Positions 52,565 to 64,000 of a DNA stretch of 64,000 nt are shown in pieces (position 1 is the stretch's first letter; the number at the start of each line of letters is the position of its first letter). The position numbers were made by a program, and so were the translations under genes. The notes below the pieces were generated by a model. It saw only the letters and a list, made by a program, of their open reading frames with translations, searched no databases and had not been told where the DNA came from. The DNA is taken from the NCBI GenBank assembly GCA_964016885.1, contig OZ024753.1:43834001-43898000 (forward strand), in the 5' to 3' direction. This DNA comes from Eledone cirrhosa (Eukaryota).

Positions 52565-54735
52565 GTATGAATACATTAGTTGATGGGAAATCAGCCCATC
52601 TCGTATTCAGTTAAATGACTTCTCAAGAGTATTTCAAACATAAGTAAATAATTTGAGATAAGATTAGGATTACAGATCTCTACTGAGAACTTAGCTCTAC
52701 ATTATGGCATCTTGCCTGAAATAAACTGAGAGAATTCCCTACTGGAACTAAACATAAGATGTCTGGATGAAAGTCAAGAAATCCTATTGCATTAGAACAC
52801 CAAATGGTTGCAATTTCTTTGCAGTTCTGGGATAAAAACCATAAGGTTTTTCTTTTCTTTTTTTTGGGGGGGGGGGGGGGGATATCGGAACAAAGAATTT
52901 TTATTCACAGAAAAAATTAGACAAAACAATAGGGATATGAAGAATAGGAGAAAAATAAAAAAAAAATAAAATGTTAATAGATTTTCAGGATTGTTTTAAA
53001 CAGATGCACCTCTTTTGTTTTCCCTGTAATATTATTTGGTTAGAATATTCTGGAAATTTAGATACTTGCTTGTAGTCATCATCTTCATCATCATTTTTCA
53101 TTTAGTTTTAGGTTCCTCTGGTCATATTTTTGGCAGGGTTTCACTAGCTGTATGCTCCTCATATCACCAACCACTTAACAGTGGAGGTTGCATACTCATT
53201 GGGTCATACATGCTAGAGATGATATCTGACAGGAGTTAAGGGCCCCCTCTACCCTTTCTCAGTGTTTATTCAGAGTAATTGCTATCCTATTGTTTGTCCT
53301 TTTTTTCTATTAGATAGAGTTCATGTTGTGAGCAGGGCTGGACTATCACCTGCTGAGGCCCTAAGATATATGAAATTTGAAGCCCTTCTCAAAACAGAAT
53401 TTCGTTTTACTTTTATCACATGGCTCTTGGGTAACTTTAATAGTGTCCATTCTGTTGTGAAATATTTAAGCCTTCTCTCTAGCTTGGAGATATCTTCTTT
53501 CTTTCTTCCCTCCCTCCCACCAACTTCAGATATTCTAAAAAAGGGTTGTGAGCATGTCCCTTCGCTTCACAACTAAGTGGTATAAAAAATAATATAAAAT
53601 AAAAGCATAGAATCAACAATTAATTAGAATTTTTATGTAAATGTTGTAGTTTGTGAGTAGTGAAAGGTAAAGATGATCGTTAAAGTTAAAATCATGATTT
53701 TACATCCACCTTCCATGCTGGCATAGGCTGGTCTGAGTATGGGTTATTCTGAAAGTGGGGAAAAGAATACATCTAGAAAGAAGCTGAAAAAAGTTTTAGG
53801 GACAATGAAAATGGCATAAAACGAGCTGAGCTGAGATGAGTTTGCATTAAACAAGAATATACATCCTAGCAGAATATACTATAAAACACAGCAAAGAATA
53901 AATATTCACTGCTTTAAAGTTACAGCAAACATATACAATTAGGATTAATTGTAGTGAAGCCAAATGAATCTTTGATGCAAGGAGGAAAAAACAGAACAGC
54001 GAAACTAACAATAGAGCTAACCAAATTCTTATACATAATAATGATATCTTCTGGTATGCTATAATCAATGGCACATAAATCATAGAAGCCGTAGTGTAGA
54101 GTGTAACACAGGTAGGTGAGTTACCTACTGACGTTCTTCTTTGATTAACAAAAAAAAAAAGACAACAACTGTAATAATAAAATATAAAATAAACTCCAAA
54201 CATAAATAATAACAACAAATAAACAACTGAGCAAGAATTTAAATATTTTCTGGAAAACCAACAATACCAATATCACATCTTTCAAACAAAAATCTATAAA
54301 CACATTGTTTAATCAATGCTCAAACAAAACAAGATCTTTGATGCTAAAGTGAAAATTGAATGGAAAGCGAACCCATATGTGTTTTGGTCTTAAAAATCTC
54401 AAGATCTGAAGACTTCTGATAAAACTGTTGAAAATGTTGAACGGATTCTAAGAAATACTTTCCAAAACATTGAAATAAAAGTAAAAGTAAAGTCTATAAA
54501 ACAAGATTATTGATTATATTCCCTTTTTTAGCAACATCTAAAGATATTGCAGAAGGTAAAATGATGCTTAGAAAAGATTAAAATACCTCAGCAACAAGGT
54601 GGTCATTTGAAAAACAAGTTTGATCTCAGTTAATAGCTATTGAAATAAAATGGCCAGTAGTAAATAAAAACACCATAAATAATATGCCTCTTGTTGAAGT
54701 TATGTTCAGTTGTGACTGAGTCAAGAAAGTTGCTT

Positions 54736-54994
54736 TTAACCCTTTCGTTACCATATTTGAATTGAGAGACACTGCCTATGGTTTTCAAATGGTTTTGAAA
54801 ATAATCAAGAATTTGGAGGGATTTAAAAAAATAACAATCTTTATCATTATTTACCTGATGTTTGGAGTATAACTTAAAAGTTTTTACATAATATTATGGT
54901 GGAAAGTTTTTTTTAGATAAATATAAACACTTTAAACAGTTTTGTATTGTAAAACCAAAGCTGATTTCAGGTGGTTTGGTATCAAAACAGTTAA
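54736..54994. mobile_element. piggyBac-type MITE family 2
   Basis: TTAA-CCCTTTCGTTACC ... GGTATCAAAACAG-TTAA; body homologous to 52312-52564. Confidence 0.7.
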
Positions 54995-55389
54995 AACACA
55001 AAGATAAAGTTAACCGGGAAAAGGATGAGTTAATGAGAGAGCATATGTAGAGTTGTTCAGCATGCTAGAAAAAACAACTATATCTTCCTCAAATCACACA
55101 TTACTTATCTTAAAACAAGAAGGATATTTTGAAATATATAGTTCCAGATAAAATTATTTCTGAATCAATTTTCTCATTATTAAGCTGGTTTTTGGAACAT
55201 AACTTAACAAAGGTTCTTACATAAAATTATGATGGAAGGTGTTTAGATAAATATAACCGGTATCTAGAAGATATGTAGTTCAATTCTTTATAGTGGCCGA
55301 TGACAAATTCTTTTTTAATCTTTTAAGGGTGTTCACCCTATTTTATAAGCTGTCTTTATAGCATTTCTGGGCTTGAGCACTTTCTTTAT

Positions 55390-55672
55390 ATCATCATCAT
55401 CATTTTACGTCCACTTTTCCCTGCTTGCAAGGGTGGGGCAGGTCCTATTTAGCACAGCAACTCTCCACTTGTCATGGTCCTTCGTCATCTCCTCTGTGAG
55501 CTTCAGCTATCTGAGGCCAGCTCTCACCACCTCCACCCATATTTTTTGTGGTCTTCCTCTACTGCGTCTTCCTTTTACTGAGATTTCTTGGCACTTCTTT
55601 ACCCAGCGGTCATCCTCCATGCGCATCACATGTCCATACTATCTCAGTCTTCTCTCCTGCACACCACAACTT
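55390..55672 (-). mobile_element. RTE-clade LINE 3' fragment
   Basis: Homologous to 49557-49828. Confidence 0.88.
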
Positions 55673-55733
55673 ATCCCTTTATATATATATAATATGTATA
55701 TATAAATTTCCCTGTCTGGGACTGGTATACATT

Positions 55734-55809
<76 letters not shown>

Positions 55810-56533
55810 TATATATATATATACACAAATATAAAAACTTTATATATAAACAGTTTTGTATTGTAGAACCAGGTGTGGTTTTAGGTTTTTTGCTATCAAA
55901 AGTGTTAAAATACAATAACAGTATATTGTTGTTAGATTAGAAATCTTGTTAGAAAAGGATTAACACATGAAACAGAGATCTTACAGTGTGTAAATAACAA
56001 GTGAGATGCCTGTGGTTGGAACGCTTTTAATCAAAGGTTTGCTCAGTCAGGGTTGACCACTGGTTAAGAGTAATAACAACTGCTAAGGCAGACTTGAAAA
56101 GAAAAGTAAGAGTGCAAATCAAAGCTACATTTAAAGGTTATTTCCTTGAATGCAAATTTTTACTTTACAAGTTGTGGCTTCATTTAATTGTTAAAGTGTT
56201 TGTTTAATGGCCGGAGGTCAATATCTGATATTCTGTCAACACTGAATTGGAATTTAGCAGAGTTTATTCTGTTGTAATCATTCATGCTAGGTTTGAGGTT
56301 TCAGGATAATTCCACCCTTCACCCTTGTCCCAGGATCTGATTAAACTTGCAAGGGTTAAGCATTTCTTTAGCGACCTTTGAAAGGGGGTCCTTTGAATAT
56401 TTTGAGGTCCTTGGCTACAGCCCATTATCTCCCTCAGTCCTCAGAAGGATGTAAGCTAGAGTTAACCACAGTGGGATTTGAACTCATAAAAAGAAACAGA
56501 ACACATATATAGAACACATATATAGCACACATT

Positions 56534-56712
56534 TGGCAGTATCGGTAGAGGGTCGGATGCCATGCTTTCCAGCATAGTTTCGTCCCTTTACGATCTGAAT
56601 TCAAATCCCGCCAAGGTTGACTTTGCCTTTCATCCTTACGGGGTCGATAAAATAAAGTACCAGTAATACACTGGGTAATTGCTGGCCTTGTGCCTAAAGT
56701 AGAAACAATTAT
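56534..56712 (+). mobile_element. SINE family B
   Basis: Matches 20232-20417. Confidence 0.88.
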
Positions 56713-57247
56713 TTTGTCTGATGCTCTACAGATTCTGTTAATTCACTACCTTCACAAAAGTTTTAACAAATAAAATCAATAATTACTCTAAACATAACAC
56801 ACATACTTTATAATACTTCACAGCACTAAAATATCTTTTCTGAAAATCTTCGATTAAGATGAACTGTTATCATAAGTTGTATCATCTCCTAGACTGACTG
56901 GCCTAACAATCTGTCTCTCCCTCCCCTGAAAAGATTTAGAGTAGTCAATCTCTTATTGCTTGATTCCCATGAGGTTTTACTTCAAACTTATACTATCCTG
57001 ATTGAAAGTGTTTTTTTGCCAACTGAACTAAACGTATTTTTAGTAACACACGTCAATGGATTTTAGGTTAGATTTATAATCTTAGCTAAGAAAACCAAAC
57101 TAATACCATGTGACTAAAACTTTAAAATGTTTAGTTTTGTGAGTTTATATATATGATACATTTATGTGTGTATAAATACAGAGTGTGTAACCAAGACTGC
57201 ACCAATGTATATAAATATATATATAAACATATTTAATATGTAGGCAT

Positions 57248-57465
57248 TTAACCCTTTAGCATTTAAACCAGCCATATCCGGCCAGAATTTTCTCACCTCT
57301 TTCTATTCAAACCAGTTGTAAACAGTCACTCATACTGACATTAAGGTATTGTTCTCAAAATAAATAATATCAAAATCTCATAGATTCAACATTATGTGAG
57401 ATAATTATGAAAGATAAAGCCGTTACTACAAAAATACAATAGTATATATAGAGTAATGTAAATAC
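57248..57465. mobile_element. MITE family 1, right TIR degenerate
   Basis: TTAACCCTTTAGCATTTAAACC start; body matches 38132-38367. Confidence 0.8.
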
Positions 57466-57530
57466 TATATCAAGCATTAACCTAATATATCCCTTCCATA
57501 TACTGTACCGATTGTGTTGTTATTTATGTT

Positions 57531-57574
<44 letters not shown>

Positions 57575-58717
57575 CAAGAACGGGGTTAGATAGAGCAATA
57601 TAATAAAGTTTGTCTGGAAATTGAGGACATGGAAGCTGAAAGAATCATCAGTAGTCTACAACAGTAAAGGAAATCAAACAGAAATATCATAGAACGACGG
57701 CAATTTCTGGTGGTTTGATGTGAAAAGGATTAATTCAATGTAGAATTTATTTTAGTTAGGAATTTTCTGGCTTGTTTCATGATGACTTTGATATGATTAA
57801 GTATAAAGGCTACATCACATTCTTCATTAAGTGATGGTACATGTAAAATTATAGACTTCTTGTCTTATGAAGTGTTTGATGCCAATCATATATAGAGTTT
57901 ACTGTCAGATTCTACAGAGTAAATGGTCACTATATAGAATTACATGTCATTCCTTATAGAGTGTGATCAATATGGTAAGATAATAGATTAATATCAATAT
58001 AATTTCTTCTATAGACAGACATACAGCTTCATTACAAGTTAGTTAAATGTAATTATGTGATATTCACACCCCAGCAACATATCTACTGCTACTAGTGATA
58101 TCAGATATTTGTATTATTACATTAATACTGTTATACAACATAATTTAGTTTTGTGAAATTTGTGAGGTGCAATGTTTATTGTATTCAATGCAAGTGTATA
58201 CAATACACAGCTATACCTATTTACCTCATCCTATTGTGTTCAAATCTGCCAGGAGTTTCTGACTGGTAGATAGTATCAGCAATGGAAAAAAACCAATGGA
58301 AACATTGTTACCTTTGTCTGATTTGACAAGTTCCACCTCACTCGGGAGATAGCAACAATAATGGAAAGAACAATTGAAACAATTCCTTGGTACAATTTGG
58401 CAAGTTCCATCTCACTTTGTAAGGGAATGAGGCCTGGGATTTTGTTGATCAATTCCTTTCATATATATATTTCTGTCAGGAGTTGTGACCAGTAAATAGT
58501 ATCAGCAATGGAATAAACCAATGGAAACACTGTTTCCTGGTCTGATTAGACGAGGTCCACCTCACTCAGTAATGAATTCTGAGATCTAGTTGATCAAACT
58601 TTATATAAATTTATTTTGTACAAAACAAAATGGGTAAAATATACATTAACCCTTTTCATAGCAACCTGCCTCACACCTTTCCAATTCTATAATGACAAGC
58701 ATCATGTTTTTAAGTAT

Positions 58718-58925
58718 TCACCATATATGTTCAACTCTAAGCTGACCCTACTATTTTATGTCTGAGAAATGGGCAAAAATCCTAACCTTATTTACGTAGA
58801 ATTTGAAATTTGTGAAAATCCTCAAAATATTGACTTTGAATATAAGCTGACCCCTACACATACACACACTCTTCTAACATTGATTTATTAGTCACATATT
58901 CCTTGGCTTATATTTCAGTATGTAC
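58718..58925. mobile_element. Possible pogo/Tigger-like MITE remnant
   Basis: TAAGCTGACCC twice and terminal GGCTTATATTTCAGTATGTAC resemble that TIR class. Confidence 0.35.
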
Positions 58926-60289
58926 AATATATTTAAATATAACAAAATATTGTGGAAGAATATTTTTGTTAAGCTATGTCGTTAATGCCAGCTTAATGAT
59001 ATGGTTAATTATTTTGGTATAAACCTTCAAATTGTTGTTTAATTAGAAAATTAATTGAAAAACATAGATGATATATTTCATTAGCAATATTGAAAAGATT
59101 AATGTTTGGTTAATAATGGATACTTGAACAGGTAAGCTAATCAACATTTGCAGGTACACAGAAAAAAAAAGGAAACAAACAAGAAAAAGAAACGAGCTAC
59201 TGTGAAACAACAATAGATACACTTTCTAGATATATAGGAGTAAATGTGTTTAGATGTGGTGGAGTGTTTTTCACAAAGATAATTGCTCTCGTTTATTTAC
59301 ATTAGAAGAGACAAGTTCAGTCAGCATCACCCAGCAAACATCACACAAAGAGAAACTACTTAGATATTATCAGGACTGCCGATGTTATTGATGAACCAAT
59401 CAACAAATATCATACTTGACACTACACTTTACTAAAATAGCTGTCAATAATGCTTCTCAGCTTCAGCTTCTGTTTACAGATAACTGTAGGAAATAAAGCT
59501 ACAGTCCCTATTGATGGTAGCAAAAGACTAACGCTTCACATACGATAACAATGGAGCTATCAATTTTTCTGTTAAAGATGACTACTGAAGATAATGATGA
59601 CTGTGGTCAAAGAATCTCACTTATTTATTTTATATCATCATCATCATCATTTTCGTCATCATCGTCATCATTATTGTCACCACCACCACCATCCTCATCA
59701 GCATTTCCCTCATCATCAGCATCATCATCATCATGTCTGCTATCCAAACTGGTATGGGTTGGATGGGCTGTCATAATCCGAGACCCAAAACCAGATGGGT
59801 CAGAGCAACCTTACCTTGCTCATATGTTCCATATTTGGCATGAGTTCTACATCTGGATGCACTTCCTAATGCCAACTATCATACATAATCTACTGGAGGA
59901 AGATATGTTTTTCTAGTACCAGTAGTACTACTCCATTGTGTGAATTCGGTGGCAATTTTATCATGTCACCAGCACTAGCGAGATTGTCACCAGCACTAGC
60001 GAGATTGTCAAATATTTGTCCAAACAGAAGAGTCCTTTCAAATATTATATTTTATCTGTTTGCTTGTCAAACACTCTAACCGCTGATCATTCACCTTGTT
60101 TACTTGTAGTATTACAGTAACACACCACTTGTACTGATGGTCAGGTCATTTAAGTCTTATGTATATTTAATAATACAATTTGTAAAAGATAGCCACTTTG
60201 GTTACAGATTTCCACTGAACCATTCACTTTATTTGCTGGAACTGGCTTCACTTCTAAAATAGGAAATTGTTTGCTTTTAAGTGTTTATA

Positions 60290-60850
60290 AATATTTACCT
60301 AATAATCTTCCATTATGATAAAAAATCTTTGTTGTTTTGTTCCAAACACCAGCTTAATAATGAGAAATAAAATATAGTTTATATTGCTAAATCCTTCTGA
60401 ATGTTTTATTACTTTCAAAATTATTTGGAAATCATATGCAGCATCTTTTGTTAGATATATAGCAACAAAAGGGTTAAAGTGTTTGTATTTATCTAAAACC
60501 TTTTATCAGAGTTTTATGTCAGAATCTTTGTTATATTCTAAACACCATTTTAATAACAAGGAAATTAGTTATATTACTAAATCCTTCGAAATAAATTATT
60601 CCTTTCAAAATTATTTGCAAATCATATGCAGTGTCTTTTATTAGAAATATGGTAACAAAAGGGATAACATGTTTCTATTGATCTGAATATATTCCATCTT
60701 ATGTAAAAATCTTAATGATGTTCCAAACACCAGCTTAATAATGAAAAAATTAGTTATATTGCTAAATCCTTCCACATCTTTGATAGCTCTCAAAATTATT
60801 TAGAAATCATGTGCAGTGTCTTTTATGAAAAATATGGTAAGAAAAGCTAA
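60290..60850 (-). mobile_element. Three tandem partial copies of MITE family 2
   Basis: Repeated TTC(C/T)AAACACCA...TAATAA...TCAAAATTATTT blocks ending in AACAAAAGGGTTAA-like termini. Confidence 0.6.
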
Positions 60851-62142
60851 TTTTACAGTTTTCTTTTTGATATGTACTGGCAAAGGAAACACACACAAAC
60901 AAACATATTCTTTTATTCCTTTATTTGTTGTAGTTATTAGAATATAGCCATGCCAGGGACACAGACTTGGTGTATTCTATATCAACCCAAGGTTATGATA
61001 GAAAACACTTGGTTGACTTGAGGCTATAGTAGAAGACATCCATGGTTCTATACAGTGGGACTGAGTCTGGAACTACATGTTCTTTAACAAATGCCTTAGC
61101 CTCACACCCATGCACATACCTATATATAAACATTTATAAATTGTTTGTAACGTGATATTGCAGAGAGTTCTTTTACAAGTCCATTACATGTCTTTGATGT
61201 CTTTGAAATTTAGCCAAATTGGAACCAAAAAGGTTTTAATTTAAACAGAAATCCTTTAATATGTGTTGTTTTGTTTATAAGACCCAGAACCAGTTCTGGC
61301 TGGGCTGTTGGAACTTCTTAATATATGTGGATTTGTTTCATAGAAGCAGAGCTGGTTTTTCTATCAAAGCAGTTAAAGATATTTCTGTGCAAGGATAGAT
61401 GAGAAATCCACCTACTTATTCTCCACAAGTTTCCTAATTATGGCAATCGAGTGGCTGCAATTTTTATGGATGTAAATGAAATCTTTATTTGGCTTTTATA
61501 AGGGTAGCATTTATATCTGTCCTTAACTCTAATATTATGTCTAGGAATTTTACTATCATTAAGTTAATTACTAGAGATAGATATATTTAAGCCAAACTCC
61601 TGAAATATTCCTATTAAATTTACAGCCCTACTTACAAATTAGAATTAAGCTATATCCCTACCTATAAATTAAGCTGTATGAGATAAAAGGCAACCTTCAT
61701 GTCTATTCTCTGTGAAATATACGAATACTATTCAGAAAGATCTACAGTACATTATTGAATACACAGAAAGGATAATCAACTTCATGAAAGTCTTCTTCTA
61801 TAGATTACTGGAATGCTTCTAGACAAACTTGGATTCCAAACCTGAAAGAGTCTTTCCAAAACCATTTTGAATATAATCAAGAATTTAGAGGAATTTATCA
61901 GTGGAACAAACTTTATCACCATGAAGTTGGTGTTTGGAGCATAATTGCTCAGATTCTTACAGGAAATAATGATAAAAGGATTTTAGATAAATATAAACAC
62001 TTCAAAATATAAAGCTTAGTATTGTAGAACCAGGGGCAGATTTAAGCATTTTGGTATCAAAATATTTAAGCGTTTTACAAATTTTGCATTTAGTCTTAGC
62101 AATCTGATAGAAGCAACCACTTTGCAGAGTTTACTGTGTGAA

Positions 62143-62188
<46 letters not shown>

Positions 62189-62316
62189 CGAGCTGTATGA
62201 GCAAGACATGGTCACCTGATCTGGCATTGCTCACAACAGGATAACTCGTCTAACCCATGCCAGCATGGAGAAGTGATGATAATGATTATGATGATATGGA
62301 CACACACACACACATA

Positions 62317-62360
<44 letters not shown>

Positions 62361-63847
62361 AACATGGAAACACTTACATAAAATGGACATTAAACAATGA
62401 TGATGATGGTGATGATGATGTGTATTTTGAATAAGAAGTGATATATCCCAATATTAAAAGGAAAATATATATATTGACATATTGAAATTAAATGCTAGGA
62501 ACTTTCTTATTGAACTGTCTAAGACAATAAACTTTATGATTTGAAATGGTTTTCTCAATCAACATTAATATATGCAGTTGAAAATATTACCTGTAATTCC
62601 AATGCAAAAACTAAATCATTTGTCTCATAGTTATAGGAGATGAGACATGCTTCACGTTACATAATAATTTTATTTCTCTTGGGTTCAGATAATCTCTTTT
62701 GTAACCGAATACATGACATGCAGAATACAAAATAATCGGGAGTAATCTCTCTAAGAGTATATTACATAACAGAACCACCATTTTTTTTTTTTATTAGTCT
62801 TTTATTTAAAGCAACCAACTGTATTCATTTATTCTCTTTGAATTGTGTTTCTAGAGAAAATTTATTCCAGTTTAAAGAGATGCTGATGATAATATCAAAA
62901 CTTATCCTAAAACTCTTCTGATATCGTTTCAATTTGGAGAAGGAGAAGAAAAAGAGGAGAAGGTAGAAGAAGAAGAAGGTAGTAGAAGAAAAAGGTAGTA
63001 GTAGTTTAGTAAGCAACAAATCAAATAATACATGAAGGATCTCTAAAATAAAATTTTTAACATTGCCAAGTTTCAATTGCAAGAATGACCTGACAAAAAT
63101 TGATACAATCAACATCCAATTAACTTAGGAAAACAAAATATCTTACTCTTCAATTTGAAGGAAAAAAAAAGGCCAAAAGAAAAAGAAATAAATAGATAAA
63201 TGAAAGGAAAATATATTTACAAGGCAAAAGTGAAAACAGAGAGGAAGGAAAGGAAAAAAGAAAAGACTGAAACAAAAAAAAATCCCACCAAAAAAAAACA
63301 GCATCATGTTCATCTATTTTATTGGAGAACATTTCTTCCATAGTGTTGTTCAGATTTTGGTACAAAGCTCGCTACTTCTAGATGCATCCATTGAATAAAC
63401 AGAAGCAAAATGTCCACAAGAGAGGAAATAATGGAACTTTAATCAGTGAGATGTATGTGGTGAATGAACGTGACTTTTCTGGCATTTTCTGTACAAATAC
63501 TGTAAACCATCCAAAGTAGCTTTATTTGTATTTAGTGGGGAGAAGTAAAAACAACAACAAAAACAATTGGTTGAATTATCACCTTCCTGGTAAATGTATT
63601 AAACTAGTAATCCCAAAATCCAAAGATGTGTAACATTGGATATTGAACTGCTAATGTATGCTTTAGAAGTTCAACTTCCAACCATGTAGGTTGGCCCATC
63701 ATGTAACAGTTTCAGCAAGTGTCTTGTACTATTGTTTGGGGTTGACCAATGCCTTGTGAGTGGAAGTGGAATTTGAAAGACAGAAACTACAGAAGCCTGT
63801 CACATATATATAATTATATATATAGTTATATAATAAAAAAACATAAG

Positions 63848-63990
63848 ACAATTATTCCATTTACCAAAGGTTTCATGAAGACAGACGAGCTTGACACAGA
63901 TATTGTAATATGTTGTTTATTTCATAACTAAATAGCTCTGTAGCCTACATAGAGCACTCTCCTTTCCTTTACCTTTCCTACGGAAACACT
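63848..63990. mobile_element. Family D hammerhead repeat: inverted hammerhead 3' half plus direct tail
   Basis: 63848-63900 is the reverse complement of 19629-19680; 63910-63987 matches 19686-19762. Confidence 0.8.
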
Positions 63991-64000
63991 TAATATATAT

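Noticed and set aside
53847-54218. 123-aa hydrophobic ORF
   Set aside because: Composition reflects T-rich DNA; non-ATG start and no recognisable membrane-protein motif
60178-60254. Minus-strand candidate exon EVKPVPANKVNGSVEICNQSGYLLQI
   Set aside because: Good acceptor but weak donor, no domain and no partner exons

Overview
Very AT-rich, microsatellite-saturated eukaryotic DNA that is mostly intronic or intergenic. The repeat make-up (tRNA-headed SINEs, RTE-clade LINE ends with (ATG)n tails, long (TA)n/(CA)n/(ATC)n tracts) suggests an octopus or other coleoid cephalopod, but this is inference. There is no complete protein-coding gene, and almost all listed ORFs are translations of simple repeats. 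The only convincing host-type coding remnant is a Slit/Notch-like EGF exon fragment at 19845-19914, possibly spliced to two small upstream exons. The most notable unannotated signal is a set of type I hammerhead-ribozyme motifs (CUGANGA / GAAA / NUH with stems I-III) from about 7 unrelated short repeat families. They occur as complete, 5'-truncated or decayed copies, often as back-to-back palindromes or a 301-nt tandem, and usually sit in (TA)n tracts. This architecture matches Penelope-like pseudo-LTRs and retrozymes. Other content: two SINE families, RTE fragments (two with twin-priming-type inversions, one bipartite with a 5' pseudoknot), piggyBac-, hAT-, mariner- and pogo-type MITEs, a foldback element, and minisatellites of 11, 24, 40 and 108 bp. 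The 3.1-kb 24-bp array is open on both strands. All structures were read by eye, so coordinates are approximate to a few bases.
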